Part shown: positions 25,968 to 36,712 of the stretch, piece by piece
Layout of the letters: the number at the start of each line of letters is the position of its first letter
How positions within the stretch are numbered: position 1 is the first letter of the stretch
IMG/VR virus record: IMGVR_UViG_3300032269_000703
Coordinates: 29,036 to 93,035 of that record
Strand: one strand, 5' to 3'
DNA length: 64,000 nt
Origin: a virus
Lineage: Duplodnaviria; Caudoviricetes
Position numbers and translations under genes: made by a program
The notes under the pieces: model-generated
The model's input: the letters and a program-made list of their open reading frames with translations, nothing else
What the model was told of the DNA's origin: nothing
Databases searched by the model: none

Positions 25968-26389
25968 GTCCTATAAACCCAAACGCACCAATTTTTCCAG
26001 AGCAAGATGTTGCTCTAATTCCGGTATATGATGAACCATACAACCCAAATGACTATCCAACTGCTGGTACCCCACCACAAGAAGTAGATTCTGATATTGA
26101 CTGGCAAGAAGTTGATATCAATCTTCTTCCTGGTGTTCCAGCACAACGTGGGGCTACTGGTCCACAAGGACCTGCTGGACCTCAAGGTGCTTCAGGCGGC
26201 TTTTTAACTTTTACGCAAAATGCGGTTTCTACTACATGGACTATAACTCACGCTCTTGGGTATTACCCATCAATTACAACAACCGATTCAGCAGGAACAG
26301 TAATAGAAGGAACAATCTCTTACCCATCCATCACTTCGGTAGTAGTTACTTTTGGAATTGCTACCAGCGGATTTGCTTATCTATCTTAG
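25964..26389 (+). CDS. Short collagen-like fibre/collar protein
   Basis: GATGPQGPAGPQGA; WTITHALG...SGFAYLS. Confidence 0.7.
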   Translation: MSPINPNAPIFPEQDVALIPVYDEPYNPNDYPTAGTPPQEVDSDIDWQEVDINLLPGVPAQRGATGPQGPAGPQGASGGFLTFTQNAVSTTWTITHALGYYPSITTTDSAGTVIEGTISYPSITSVVVTFGIATSGFAYLS

Positions 26390-26397
26390 GAAAATAA

Positions 26398-27816
26398 ATG
26401 GCTAGAAAATTTTTAACCCCAATTGATCTCAATAAACTTGAGCTTCAAAATGTGGCTTTGCAAAACCTTAGCTCAGACCCAGGTACGCCAGCTACTGGTC
26501 AAATCTACTTTAACACCGGTGGAACCGTTAAGGTATACAACGGCAGCGCTTGGCTATCTCTTAGCACTACAAGCGGAACTGTAACCTCTGTAACGGGTAC
26601 TTCTCCAGTTGTTTCTAGCGGTGGAACTACTCCAGCTATTTCTTTAGCTTCTGGCTACGGTGATACCCTAAACCCATATGCCACTAAAACTAATAACTAT
26701 GTTTTGGCTGGTGCCGCTTCTGGTGGCTCAACTGCGCCTACATTCCGTGCGTTAGATAAAGCCGATATCCCTAGCACTCTTAATGCCACTACTTTTGGTG
26801 GAAATATCTCTTTGGGAAGCACTACCGGAAGCAACGGTTATAACATTACTGGGCTTAATAACCCAATCAACGCTTATGATGCGGTAAATAAATCTTATGT
26901 AGACCAAGTTGCTACCGGTATCAATGCTCACGAAGCAGTGGCTTACGCATCAACTACTAATATTTCTGGAACTTACAACAACGGCACCGCCGGTGTAGGA
27001 GCAACTCTTACAGGTACTGGCTCAATCGTAATTGACGGATATACCGTTGTTTCGGGTGATGCCGGTACAAACGTTTCTATAAGCAACTCTACTGGATTAC
27101 GCCTTCTGTTGAAGGACCAGACTCTTACTGATCAAAACGGTATTTATGCTGTAACTGCTTGCGTATCTGGAACTAGCTGGACACTTACCCGTGCGTATGA
27201 CTATGACGCTTTGGGAGAGGTAGCTGCTGGTGACTTTACTTATATCCTTAATGGAAATGCTAACGGTAAGTTTACTTGGATTCAAGTTAGTAAGCCTGCT
27301 GCTATTAGCGGTGTTGGTACTTTAGCTAACGCTATTAGCTTCTCAATTCTTTCTAACGGTAACATTAGCGGTACTGTAGCAGTTAACCAAGGTGGTACTG
27401 GAGCAACAACTCTTACTGGGGTTCTTAAAGGTAATGGTACTTCTGCATTTACTGCGGCTGTTGCTGGAACTGACTATATTGCTCCATACGGCAGCACTAC
27501 TGCAAATACTTTCCTTGCTGCTCCAAATGGTACGGCTGGAACACCTACATTCCGTGCGGTTGTTTATGCTGACCTACCTACTAACGTAGGCGTTGTTGCA
27601 CGTAAAGTATCTCTTGTGGGTACCGGTACAGGACAGACTATCGCTTTGACTCACGGTCTTGGAACTAACCTAGTTACTGCTCAGGTTTACGATACTTCAA
27701 CATCAACTGCTACTTTAGTAGATACAGACATCACTGTAACTAGCACAGTCGCTACTGCTACTTTTGCATCTGCCTCAACTACACTAAGCAACTATACACT
27801 CGTTGTAATTGGATAA
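26398..27816 (+). CDS. Fibre protein
   Basis: DAVNKSYVD, LLKDQT...NGIY, VNQGGTGAT, PTFRA repeats. Confidence 0.75.
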   Translation: MARKFLTPIDLNKLELQNVALQNLSSDPGTPATGQIYFNTGGTVKVYNGSAWLSLSTTSGTVTSVTGTSPVVSSGGTTPAISLASGYGDTLNPYATKTNNYVLAGAASGGSTAPTFRALDKADIPSTLNATTFGGNISLGSTTGSNGYNITGLNNPINAYDAVNKSYVDQVATGINAHEAVAYASTTNISGTYNNGTAGVGATLTGTGSIVIDGYTVVSGDAGTNVSISNSTGLRLLLKDQTLTDQNGIYAVTACVSGTSWTLTRAYDYDALGEVAAGDFTYILNGNANGKFTWIQVSKPAAISGVGTLANAISFSILSNGNISGTVAVNQGGTGATTLTGVLKGNGTSAFTAAVAGTDYIAPYGSTTANTFLAAPNGTAGTPTFRAVVYADLPTNVGVVARKVSLVGTGTGQTIALTHGLGTNLVTAQVYDTSTSTATLVDTDITVTSTVATATFASASTTLSNYTLVVIG

Positions 27817-27819
27817 TAA

Positions 27820-29607
27820 ATGACTAAAAAAATATTAACTGACCTAGATGCTACTGGTCGTACAATAACTGCTGGTATTTTTTCTGGAGTTGCTAATAAT
27901 GACACAATAAATACTATTACCGGTGCAACATCAACAGCATCATTTTGGTCAGATGTTACTACTGGAACAATCGGCGTTGGAACAGGCGTAACTACTGGAA
28001 CAATTAGCATTGGAACTGGGCTTACAACTGGAAGAGTAGACATTGCAGTAGGTTCTGGTTCTACGCCAACTAGCACTGTAAATATTAATACTGGTAAATC
28101 TGGTAGTCAAAATGTAATTACAAATATTGGCAGTGGTACTTTGGGTGGGACAATAAATCTTTATACAGGTGCTTCTGGAGTTATTTTAAATGGAACCGCC
28201 TTAATTAAAACCCCAACTGCTATTACTTCTGGTTCCTCAATAGGGTTATCTATTACAACTGGTTCAGGTGCTTTAGGTGCTAACAGCGGGTCTGTAACTA
28301 TTGACGCTGGTCAGATACCAACAGGTGCTGGAACTGCTGGAACTGTTCTTATTGGGAATAACTATGCAACAAGTTTAACAATTGGTAGAAGTAATATTAC
28401 TACTACAATAAATGGAACATTGGCAACTACTAGCCCATCAATTACTACTTCTTTAACAACCCCCTCAACCTCGTTTGATTTATTAAATACTACTGCAACG
28501 ACAATAAACGCTTTTGGTGCCGCAACAACACTTACTATTGGTGCAGCAACCGCAAGTACTGTATCAATAGGTTCAGCGGCTACCTCTGTTACTTTAGGGC
28601 AAGGTTCAAGTAACTTAAATGCTAATAAATCTGTAAATATTGCTGGGTCAACAGGATCAAACGCAGTATCAACAGGAGTTACTTCAAGTCTTACTTTAAA
28701 CAATTATTATTCAATTATTGGTACTTCTACTACGTATATTGGTGGAGGGTATTCACTCACTGGAACATCAACAATTAACATTGGTACTTTTTCTGGTTCT
28801 GTTAGTGGTACAAACAATATTACTATTGGGTCTTCACCAGGAACTACTACAATAAATGGAACTCTTGTAGCGTCTGCTCCTGCTGGTTCTCTCACAGGTA
28901 CGTCTTTACCCGCTGCAATTACGTCTGCTTCTGGGTTAGCAACCGTTGGAACTATTACTTCGGGTACTTGGAATGGTACTGCTATTACCTCTCAATATGG
29001 AGGTACTGGTCAATCTGGCTCAAGCCCATTTACGCAGTATGGTGTTACTTACGCTTCTACTGCAACCGCTTTAGCACAAACTGCTGCTGGTACTGCTGGT
29101 CAAGTATTAACTTCTAACGCTACTTCTGCACCTACTTGGTCAGACAAAGGGTATACCCTAATTTCAGCTGTTGCATTTTCTGGTTCTGCACCATCTTTTA
29201 CATCGATACCGCAAACATATAAAAAACTTGTAGTACAAATTAAATTTGATTCAATAGGTACTTTTTCTGCAAGTTGTTATCTTACTGTAAATAATAATGC
29301 AGTTATTTATGCCACACTTTATTCAGTAGGTTCAACAACAGCAACTACCTCTGCCACTGGTACCGATACAGTTATTAGGTTAACTGCTCAATCTGTAACA
29401 CCAATTGCAGGTGATTTAATGACAGTTGAAATACCAAATTATACAGGGTCAAGACCAACTATATGGATATCTGGTGGATATAGTGCTTCTTCACAAACAA
29501 GATGGGGTGTTGCTTCTACCGCAGCAGCAATTACTCAAGTTAGTTTTGGAGCATCTGCTTCTTGGGGTACTGGTGCTGGAACTGCTTATTTATACGGGGT
29601 GAACTAA
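27820..29607 (+). CDS. Fibre/receptor-binding protein
   Basis: Thr/Gly beta repeats, GTITSGTWNG, GQVLTSN; C-terminal FTSIPQTYK..LYG domain. Confidence 0.75.
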   Translation: MTKKILTDLDATGRTITAGIFSGVANNDTINTITGATSTASFWSDVTTGTIGVGTGVTTGTISIGTGLTTGRVDIAVGSGSTPTSTVNINTGKSGSQNVITNIGSGTLGGTINLYTGASGVILNGTALIKTPTAITSGSSIGLSITTGSGALGANSGSVTIDAGQIPTGAGTAGTVLIGNNYATSLTIGRSNITTTINGTLATTSPSITTSLTTPSTSFDLLNTTATTINAFGAATTLTIGAATASTVSIGSAATSVTLGQGSSNLNANKSVNIAGSTGSNAVSTGVTSSLTLNNYYSIIGTSTTYIGGGYSLTGTSTINIGTFSGSVSGTNNITIGSSPGTTTINGTLVASAPAGSLTGTSLPAAITSASGLATVGTITSGTWNGTAITSQYGGTGQSGSSPFTQYGVTYASTATALAQTAAGTAGQVLTSNATSAPTWSDKGYTLISAVAFSGSAPSFTSIPQTYKKLVVQIKFDSIGTFSASCYLTVNNNAVIYATLYSVGSTTATTSATGTDTVIRLTAQSVTPIAGDLMTVEIPNYTGSRPTIWISGGYSASSQTRWGVASTAAAITQVSFGASASWGTGAGTAYLYGVN

Positions 29608-29798
29608 TGAATAAAGTTATAGAAGTAAATTGCGAAACTGGAGAAGTAACGGAAAGAGATGAAACTCCAGAAGAAATTGCGGCAAGAGAGCAAGCCGCTC
29701 AACAAGAAGCAAAGGCATTAGCCACTAAAGAGTCTGCTCTAGCAAAACTTCAAGCCCTAGGACTAACAGAAGAAGAAGTTAAGGTTCTACTGGGCTAA
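29607..29798 (+). CDS. Small fibre-associated chaperone-like protein
   Basis: IEVNCETGEVTERDET...KLQALGLTEEE directly after fibre gene. Confidence 0.7.
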   Translation: MNKVIEVNCETGEVTERDETPEEIAAREQAAQQEAKALATKESALAKLQALGLTEEEVKVLLG

Positions 29799-29838
29799 AT
29801 AAACCTTTACAATAAAAAAGAATACTTTAGGAGAAGCA

Positions 29839-30441
29839 ATGAGAAGCTCAGACATTCAAGGTCGATTTAGTATGGACTATGAAGCTAAGTCTTTATATGA
29901 AGGTATTGCCGAAGATCTTGGCGGCACTGTAGGTACTGAAGTAAGCTGGTATAGATGGCAAGACTACTACCTAGAAGAAAACTACAACGACATTGTGGAT
30001 GACATCTATGATGTTTCTAGCTCTGTTCCTACTAAAGGTCGTAGATGGATGCTTCCTTTTAATTTTCCGGTAGTTATGGCTCAGCTCATTAGATCAACTA
30101 ACGTAATGAATGAGCGCGGTTTCTATGTTACTGATACCCTTAGACTAGTCATAAATGTGGGAGATGTACAAAGACTATTGCCTAGTATTTTAAGCAGCCC
30201 TAGCACCCACATTAAAGATAGAATTATATATAGAGACGAAGTTTTTACTCCTTCTCGTGTATTGCCTAGAGGTGCTTTTGGTTCTCGCTATTCTGTAGTG
30301 ACTATTGATTGTAACCAGGTAAACAGCGAAGAGCTAGTAAACGACCCACAGTTTCAAAAGTATGCGTCTGCTACTAAAGCAGATCTTCGAACAATTGGCT
30401 ATGGTAGCGGTAACTATGGCTCTGATCCTTATGGAGAGTAA
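29839..30441 (+). CDS. Probable head-closure/neck protein
   Basis: AGGAG SD; [10 protein letters not shown] beta pattern; position. Confidence 0.55.
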   Translation: MRSSDIQGRFSMDYEAKSLYEGIAEDLGGTVGTEVSWYRWQDYYLEENYNDIVDDIYDVSSSVPTKGRRWMLPFNFPVVMAQLIRSTNVMNERGFYVTDTLRLVINVGDVQRLLPSILSSPSTHIKDRIIYRDEVFTPSRVLPRGAFGSRYSVVTIDCNQVNSEELVNDPQFQKYASATKADLRTIGYGSGNYGSDPYGE

Positions 30442-30443
30442 AT

Positions 30444-31460
30444 ATGCCACTAGTTAAACCTACAATTGGACAAACGTCCTGGGGTACTACCCTAAACGCT
30501 GCCCTAGATTACCTAGACACTAAAAACCAGTCAGGTTTCTACGGCTTTGATTATGAAATTCACGTTAGCCAAGTAGACGGAAATGACACTACGGGTAATG
30601 GTGACATTCTAAACCCAGTTGCTTCTATTACTAAAGCGTTGACTTTAGTAGGTTCACAACGTAAAACAATTATTGTTCATCCAGGAACTTACGCTGAAAA
30701 CCCATCAATAACAGTTCAGTACACAACCATAACTGGTCCTGGGCTTATTGGTGGAAACATCGTAATCTCTGGAACTGTAAGCACAAACAAGGGTTGCACT
30801 ATTGCAGGTATAAAGATGACCAACCTGACTGTGACCGCACCTAGCGGGACAGGAAATGTAAACATCCTTAACTGTGAAGTTTCTGGAACTTTTACAAAAA
30901 GTAACAATGCTGACTACACCGTTCTTCGTTTGTGTGACCTTGCTGCCGCAAGCATCACTGGGTCTGGTCTAGTTGCCATCTTTGGTGGTAATCCAAACTT
31001 CATAACCGTCAACAACGCTAGTGCCAATGTAATTGTAAAAAGTGCTGTCACCGTTGCCCCTGTTCTAACTGCTGGAACTCTAAGCCTTGTAGATTCTGTA
31101 GTCGTTGCTGCTGTGACCAATGCCGTGACATCTGCTACCTCAAGCATTATCACATTAGCGAACTGTCAGTTTTTGACGTCAGCACTAAATGGTGTTGCCC
31201 CAGTTGTACTAAATGGTTTTTACTCAATATTTAACTGCGTGTTCGATAAGCCAAACTCAACTCTAGTAGCACTATCAGGAACTGGTGGTTCTACAGGGTC
31301 TGTTGACTACTTCCAATATGTAAACGCAGATAGACTTCTCATGCAAAATGGAACAGCACCTTCTGCCAACCTAACAGGCGGAGGCATTTTGTATGTAGAG
31401 GCTGGTGCTCTCAAGTACAGAGGCTCATCTGGAACTGTAACCACGCTAGGAGTGGCATAA
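30444..31460 (+). CDS. Virion fibre/beta-helix protein
   Basis: [13 protein letters not shown]; [23 protein letters not shown]; [15 protein letters not shown]. Confidence 0.7.
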   Translation: MPLVKPTIGQTSWGTTLNAALDYLDTKNQSGFYGFDYEIHVSQVDGNDTTGNGDILNPVASITKALTLVGSQRKTIIVHPGTYAENPSITVQYTTITGPGLIGGNIVISGTVSTNKGCTIAGIKMTNLTVTAPSGTGNVNILNCEVSGTFTKSNNADYTVLRLCDLAAASITGSGLVAIFGGNPNFITVNNASANVIVKSAVTVAPVLTAGTLSLVDSVVVAAVTNAVTSATSSIITLANCQFLTSALNGVAPVVLNGFYSIFNCVFDKPNSTLVALSGTGGSTGSVDYFQYVNADRLLMQNGTAPSANLTGGGILYVEAGALKYRGSSGTVTTLGVA

Positions 31461-31648
31461 TGAATAAAGTAAAAACTCATAAAGTAAAAAAGACCGTGAA
31501 TGGTAAAGGAAGTAAGCCAGTCAAAGATTACCACAAAGGCACTCTTTCTAAAGGCGAGCACGATGTAGCTTCTAAAAACGTTCACAAAAAGTACGGCATT
31601 ACTGGTGATGGTCCTAAAAAACAGACAAGAGTCAGAGTAAAACACTAA
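31460..31648 (+). CDS. Lys-rich mini-protein
   Basis: AGGAG SD; coupled. Confidence 0.7.
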   Translation: MNKVKTHKVKKTVNGKGSKPVKDYHKGTLSKGEHDVASKNVHKKYGITGDGPKKQTRVRVKH

Positions 31649-31794
31649 TGCCTTTTAAGTCTAAAGCTCAGCGTAGGTGGATGTATGCTAACGATCCTAA
31701 GATGGCTCAGGAATGGTCCAAAGAGACGCCAGGAGGCTCAAGGCTGCCCGAAAAGGTTAAGAGCCATAAAAAGACCCATAGGAAGAAGAAGTAG
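31648..31794 (+). CDS. Basic mini-protein (MPFKSKAQRRWMYA family), 48 aa
   Basis: Not in ORF track; motif recalled from other phages; TAATG coupling. Confidence 0.8.
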   Translation: MPFKSKAQRRWMYANDPKMAQEWSKETPGGSRLPEKVKSHKKTHRKKK

Positions 31795-31799
31795 CTTCT

Positions 31800-32042
31800 A
31801 TGCCCCATTTAACAAAGATTAACCCTAGATTGCCAGAGTTCCTAGAAACTGGTGGAGGAGTACAAAAGATTATGAGTCATCTAGACGAATTACACGGAAA
31901 AGAAATAGCTGCAATGGCAGCCAGGCATGAGTATGAACTGCACTCTTTAAAGAAAAAGCACGCTGATCAAAAGTCTGCTTCAATGGCTAAGCTTGCAAAA
32001 CCTACCAAAGCTAAAGTAAGGACTAGTAAAAGTGCGCGTTAG
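31800..32042 (+). CDS. Basic hypothetical protein
   Basis: ORF in basic cluster. Confidence 0.65.
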   Translation: MPHLTKINPRLPEFLETGGGVQKIMSHLDELHGKEIAAMAARHEYELHSLKKKHADQKSASMAKLAKPTKAKVRTSKSAR

Positions 32043-32253
32043 AACTAAAGATGGCGAAGGTCATGTTATTACTAAGAAAAAGTCTGATAAAGGTATTGGT
32101 AAAAAAGGCGATGTTATAGTTGACCATACTGCTAAGAAAACAGGCAAGTATGATAAAATGAACCTAACTAAAGTTGCTGGATCTAAAACTGTAAAAGAGG
32201 GTGCCAAAGCAACTCGTAAATGGCATAAAGAAAACCCTAGAAAGAAGAAGTAA
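32032..32253 (+). CDS. Lys-rich mini-protein
   Basis: AAGGA SD, GTG start; GDVIVDH..YDKMNLT..WH. Confidence 0.7.
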   Translation: MRVRTKDGEGHVITKKKSDKGIGKKGDVIVDHTAKKTGKYDKMNLTKVAGSKTVKEGAKATRKWHKENPRKKK

Positions 32254-32672
32254 TGGCATCTGGAAATGAAAAACTAGAAGCGTTTTTTGCTGCTACTGAG
32301 GCAAAAAGTAATGCTGCTCGTGATAAGAGTGTAGCAAGACACCAGAAGAAACTAGACAGAAAGTTTGCTGGAAGAATCAGAAGAACTGCTCTTCCTGTGG
32401 CTGCAGGTACTGAAGGTATTGCTAAAGGAGCTGCTAAGGTATTTGAAGGCACTAGAAAAGAAGCAGTTATCCACAAGAGCCAGGGTGATGCAGCTAAGGC
32501 TGCCATTAATACTAAGTCAGTACAGGCTAAGTCTGCTAATGGTCCTGTAGGTCGTATGCTTGCTAGAAGAGTTGTTAAAAAGAACGTTAAGCGTGGAATG
32601 AAAGAAGGCGGTGAAGTTGCAAGACAAATGCTTGGAGCTGCCGCTAAGGATAATGCAAGGAGAAATAGATAA
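32253..32672 (+). CDS. Lys/Arg/Ala-rich protein
   Basis: Coupled ORF. Confidence 0.7.
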   Translation: MASGNEKLEAFFAATEAKSNAARDKSVARHQKKLDRKFAGRIRRTALPVAAGTEGIAKGAAKVFEGTRKEAVIHKSQGDAAKAAINTKSVQAKSANGPVGRMLARRVVKKNVKRGMKEGGEVARQMLGAAAKDNARRNR

Positions 32673-32731
32673 TGCCAGAATGTAAGTGCGAAAACTGTAA
32701 GTGTGGAAAGAAAGACGAAAATGGCGAGTAA
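32672..32731 (+). CDS. 19-aa Cys-rich (metallothionein-like) peptide
   Basis: MPECKCENCKCGKKDENGE; AAGGAG SD 9 nt upstream; TAATG coupling. Confidence 0.6.
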   Translation: MPECKCENCKCGKKDENGE

Positions 32732-32912
32732 GAAGCCTGCCCCAAAAAAGTCAACTAAAAAGGTATCAGATCCAACACCGATCTATACCCAGGTAGTTAA
32801 AGCTAGGGGATTTGATCCTCTAAAAAACAAGCCGGAAAATACGGCTATGAAATCAATCCCCGCAAATATGACGCGTAAATCAAACGCATCTAGACAGAAA
32901 AAAGGTAAGTAA
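32721..32912 (+). CDS. Lys-rich mini-protein
   Basis: MASKKPAPKK... Confidence 0.7.
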   Translation: MASKKPAPKKSTKKVSDPTPIYTQVVKARGFDPLKNKPENTAMKSIPANMTRKSNASRQKKGK

Positions 32913-33142
32913 TGGCAACAACAAAGAAGTGCAGCTGTGGCAAGTGTGCTAGTTGTAAGAAGTCTTGGACAGACTCAAAGGCTGACAAGAAGCAAGACAA
33001 GAAGCTCGAAAAGGGCATGACAGCTGCTCAGAAGAAGAAGTTTGAAGCTGCTGACAAGAAGATGGACGCTAAAAAGCCTTCTAAAAAGGCAGATGAGCGT
33101 ATGGACAAGGCTTTAGCCAAGAAGATTAAAGGTAAGAAGTAA
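32912..33142 (+). CDS. Lys-rich mini-protein with N-terminal CxCxxCxxC
   Basis: CSCGKCASC; DKKQDKK repeats. Confidence 0.75.
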   Translation: MATTKKCSCGKCASCKKSWTDSKADKKQDKKLEKGMTAAQKKKFEAADKKMDAKKPSKKADERMDKALAKKIKGKK

Positions 33143-33357
33143 TGGCAAATAGAGCAGGTAAAAAGCTAATTAAAAACGTTGCTAAGACAATGTCTACTCA
33201 GGCAACTTCAAAAGGTACTTATACTGGAGATCAGCTAAAAAGTGTTGTAAAGACTGGAACTAGCATGGGTGTCTCTAAGAAGTCTATGCAAAAAGCAGTC
33301 ACAAAAGGCTCTAAGCAAAGCATCAAGGATTTCAATAAAAAAATAAAATCCAAGTAA
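33142..33357 (+). CDS. Lys-rich mini-protein
   Basis: Coupled ORF. Confidence 0.7.
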   Translation: MANRAGKKLIKNVAKTMSTQATSKGTYTGDQLKSVVKTGTSMGVSKKSMQKAVTKGSKQSIKDFNKKIKSK

Positions 33358-33375
33358 CAAACACAAATAAAGTTT

Positions 33376-33402
33376 AGCCTGCCAAGTGCAGGCTTTTCTT
33401 TT
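33376..33402 (+). terminator. Rho-independent terminator
   Basis: AGCCTGC-CAAGT-GCAGGCT then TTTCTTTT. Confidence 0.75.
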
Positions 33403-33477
33403 ATCCTTAAATAGTAGTAATTCGTGCGAACTACTACCTATTAATTTAGAGCCTGCGCCTCGATTGGGGATTTGCAA

Positions 33478-33672
33478 ATGTCTGCGAAAAACGTTAAACC
33501 TTGGTGGGATAGAGTCAATGACTACTACCTATTTGATGAGCGTAAACAGTTCATCCGAGGTGCTGTTGGGTTTAAACCTAACAACCGTCAAGATGCTATG
33601 ATGGCTCAAATAATTGCCGGGTACGTTAATTCAGAGTTTGCACAACCTAAATCGCTAGGCAAAAAGAGATGA
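33478..33672 (+). CDS. Hypothetical protein, first gene of tail operon
   Basis: GGGGA SD; coupled to next. Confidence 0.65.
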   Translation: MSAKNVKPWWDRVNDYYLFDERKQFIRGAVGFKPNNRQDAMMAQIIAGYVNSEFAQPKSLGKKR

Positions 33673-33980
33673 AGCACGTTCTAAAACACTTCCCACAGGC
33701 TGCAGCAGAGGCTGCTCGCTCTATGACGTATGATCTACGTAATAGCGCTATTGAGCACGGCTGGCACCCTGATATTGCTAATAGCATTCACATTACTCAC
33801 AATGGGTCTGAGTTTAAAGTACACGTTCCTAAAAAGCACAAACAAACTGTCCATGAATTAGAATATGGTACAGAAACCCAAAGACCAACTGCAGTTTTGC
33901 GAAAGTTCAATAATAGACCTGAGTACATGGAAAAGGCTTTTTTAAAAAGCCTATCTAGGTTAACGAAAGGTAAACTATGA
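33669..33980 (+). CDS. Tail completion protein (HK97 gp10-like)
   Basis: LEYGT...P..VLR motif; position. Confidence 0.6.
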   Translation: MKHVLKHFPQAAAEAARSMTYDLRNSAIEHGWHPDIANSIHITHNGSEFKVHVPKKHKQTVHELEYGTETQRPTAVLRKFNNRPEYMEKAFLKSLSRLTKGKL

Positions 33981-34681
33981 CTTTTTTACTTTCTGAAGAT
34001 AAAGCACTTAGAGAATTGCTACAAGGAATTGTTGTTCATGACCAAAAAGCAGATGGTGCTGATACACCTCGTCAAGTAGGTGTTTGGTTTGGACAACCAG
34101 ACCAGGAATTACGTTCACAGGTTTATCCTTACATCACTATTGATATGATTGACGTTGTTAGAGAAACAGATCGTGAACAACGTGGATTATCTTCTCCAGA
34201 ATACCTAACACCTGTTGGATTTGATGAAGAGACTATGAGCTATGTAATCCCTAAACCTATTCCGGTAAGCATCGATTACCAGATAACTACTTATGCTCGT
34301 CATCCTCGTCATGACAGAGAACTTATGACTCAACTTTTGTTTAGTAAATTACCACTTAGATTTGGCTGGCTAGAAATCACAGAGAAGACAGAAACTGTTG
34401 GAGATGTAACTACCAACACCAACACTCTGAGACGTCTAGACGTCATTAACGTTTCTAAAAGAGACGTGACCGAACAAGCAAAACGCTTGTTTGTAAATGC
34501 AATAACTGTGCGTGTTTCAAGTGAAATCGCTCAGGAAACCGCTTCCACACTGTATAAAGTTAACTCAGGAGTTAACGTCTATGGTCCTACCACAACTACT
34601 GGTAGATCTGATAATCCTGATTACCTGTCATTTGGCTCGATCACCATTACGCCCCCAAACAATATCACAAATAACAATTAA
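33977..34681 (+). CDS. Tail terminator / sheath-binding neck protein
   Basis: YPYITID, PVSIDYQITTYAR; immediately before sheath. Confidence 0.65.
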   Translation: MTFLLSEDKALRELLQGIVVHDQKADGADTPRQVGVWFGQPDQELRSQVYPYITIDMIDVVRETDREQRGLSSPEYLTPVGFDEETMSYVIPKPIPVSIDYQITTYARHPRHDRELMTQLLFSKLPLRFGWLEITEKTETVGDVTTNTNTLRRLDVINVSKRDVTEQAKRLFVNAITVRVSSEIAQETASTLYKVNSGVNVYGPTTTTGRSDNPDYLSFGSITITPPNNITNNN

Positions 34682-34697
34682 TCTATAGGAGATAATT

Positions 34698-36698
34698 ATG
34701 GCGTTTTCACGTCCTGGCGTTTACGTAAGTGAGCGCGATCTACCAACACCAGTAACCAGTGTTGGAACCGCAAATGCTGCGGGTGCATGTATTGGCTACT
34801 TTTCAAAGGGTCCAGAGCTTATTACTAGAGTTGCATCATACTATGAGTTTGCTAGTATTTTTGGAGATCTTAATCCTCTTTATCCAGCTACTTATGGTGT
34901 AAGTCAGTTTTTCCAAAATGGTGGAGGCGAACTCTATGTTCGTCGTGTAACTAATGGTGCTGCTCTTTCATCAGCAAATGTTACTTCACGGTCAGAGTTG
35001 GCGGCTAACATTACAGGTCTTACTGGTACTGCAGCTTCAGGAGCTACTGCTCTAACACTAAGTGCAGAGAACAAACAAATTACTGTAGGTATGAAAGTGT
35101 CTGGAACAGGCATCGATTCAACTGGTGATGGAACGTTTGTTGCTGCATACTCTGGTACTGGAACAGCAGTTACTTTATCTAAGGTAACCTCTGGAGCAGT
35201 AAATGCTGGAACAGCACTTACTTTTGCTGCTGGTAACACTACTAAGTTTGTTTCAAAGTACAAGGGTACTGACGCAAACTTACTTCGTGTTCAGCTTACT
35301 CCTACTATAACAACTTCTTTAACAACAGCAACTAACGTTTCTTATGCTGCAGGTGTTGTAACTGTTACTGTAGCAAATAGCCTTACAGTAGGTCAATTAG
35401 TTACTATTACTGGTGCTGCTGGATTTACTAGCGTTGTAGAATTTCCAATTGCTACAGCCTCTGCTACTGGGTTTACCATTAACACTTTACTTACTGGTTC
35501 TCCTAGTGCTGTAACTACTGGCATTACACTTAATGTTTACAGTGATTACTGGACAGTAATTGTTGCTAAAGAAACTGTTAACAATGAATCTCCTGACACA
35601 TTTAGTAATGACTTGGTACTTGAAACTTACAATAACGTTGTATTTAACAACAAGCAGTCTAGCGATTATATTGGAACAATTCTTGCGTTGCGTTCAGAGT
35701 ACATTAAAGTAGATGAGTCTACCATTACTGCTGCTACAGCCCTTCGTCCGGCATATACTAATCCTCTTATTTTTACAAGCGGTACAGATGGTTCTGCTCC
35801 TGCAGCTGCTGATTACACAGGTGCAAGCAACGCTGTTCTAAAAGAGTTTGATGTACTAGAGCGTCCTCTAGTAGTGTTTGCTCCGGAACTTGGTAACCAA
35901 ATTACCTCTTCATTTACTGAAGCTAACGTTCAAACAGTACAAAATGCTATGACTACCTGGGCTGCAGATAATGGTAAAGCATTTGTAGTTCTTGATTCTC
36001 AATCAGGAAAGACACCTGCAACTATTATTACGTACAGTAATGCCCTAACTGCCTCTAGTAATGCGGGAATGTACTACCCTAACTTCTATGTAACAGACTC
36101 AAAGGCTCAGAGTGCAAACGCTCTTCGTTTGGTAGGTCCTGCAAGTGCTGTTGCTGGGTTAATGCTAGCTACAGATCGTGCTTTTGGTCCGCACAAATCT
36201 ACTGCTGGTATTAGTGCTAAACTTGCTGGTGCTATTGCTCTTGAGTACGCGTTTACTTCAACAGAACTAGATAACTTGAATACCGCGACTAACCCAGTAA
36301 ATGCAATTCGTAACCTTCCAGGTGCGGGTATTGTTGTAATGGGTGGTCGTACTCTTAAGGCAAGCAGCTCAATTACTAAGTATATTAGCACCCGTCGTTC
36401 ATTGTTTTATATTAAGCGTCAGATGGAAGTTCTTACTCAGTTTGCGTTATTTGAAAACAATAGCGAAGTTCTATGGTCACGTATTCGTACTTCCCTTACT
36501 GCATTCTTAAATGAATATCGTAACCAAGGCGGTCTTCGTGGTGCATCTGTAGAACAATCTTTCTACATTAAAGTTGATGCAGAAAATAACGACGCTACTA
36601 GCATTGCTGCGGGTATCGTTAATGTCGAAGTTGGTGTGGCTTTAGAACGCCCTGCTGAATTCGTTGTAATCACCCTCAGTCAAATGACTACTATTTAA
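34698..36698 (+). CDS. Tail sheath protein
   Basis: RPGVYVSE, FFQNGG, VNAIR..PG.GIVVMGGRTL, FENN, PAEFVVI. Confidence 0.95.
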   Translation: MAFSRPGVYVSERDLPTPVTSVGTANAAGACIGYFSKGPELITRVASYYEFASIFGDLNPLYPATYGVSQFFQNGGGELYVRRVTNGAALSSANVTSRSELAANITGLTGTAASGATALTLSAENKQITVGMKVSGTGIDSTGDGTFVAAYSGTGTAVTLSKVTSGAVNAGTALTFAAGNTTKFVSKYKGTDANLLRVQLTPTITTSLTTATNVSYAAGVVTVTVANSLTVGQLVTITGAAGFTSVVEFPIATASATGFTINTLLTGSPSAVTTGITLNVYSDYWTVIVAKETVNNESPDTFSNDLVLETYNNVVFNNKQSSDYIGTILALRSEYIKVDESTITAATALRPAYTNPLIFTSGTDGSAPAAADYTGASNAVLKEFDVLERPLVVFAPELGNQITSSFTEANVQTVQNAMTTWAADNGKAFVVLDSQSGKTPATIITYSNALTASSNAGMYYPNFYVTDSKAQSANALRLVGPASAVAGLMLATDRAFGPHKSTAGISAKLAGAIALEYAFTSTELDNLNTATNPVNAIRNLPGAGIVVMGGRTLKASSSITKYISTRRSLFYIKRQMEVLTQFALFENNSEVLWSRIRTSLTAFLNEYRNQGGLRGASVEQSFYIKVDAENNDATSIAAGIVNVEVGVALERPAEFVVITLSQMTTI

Positions 36699-36712
36699 TC
36701 TAAGGAGTTAAA

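Noticed and set aside
26398-31460. Diversity-generating retroelement acting on fibre genes
   Set aside because: No reverse transcriptase and no template/variable repeat pair noticed in the window.
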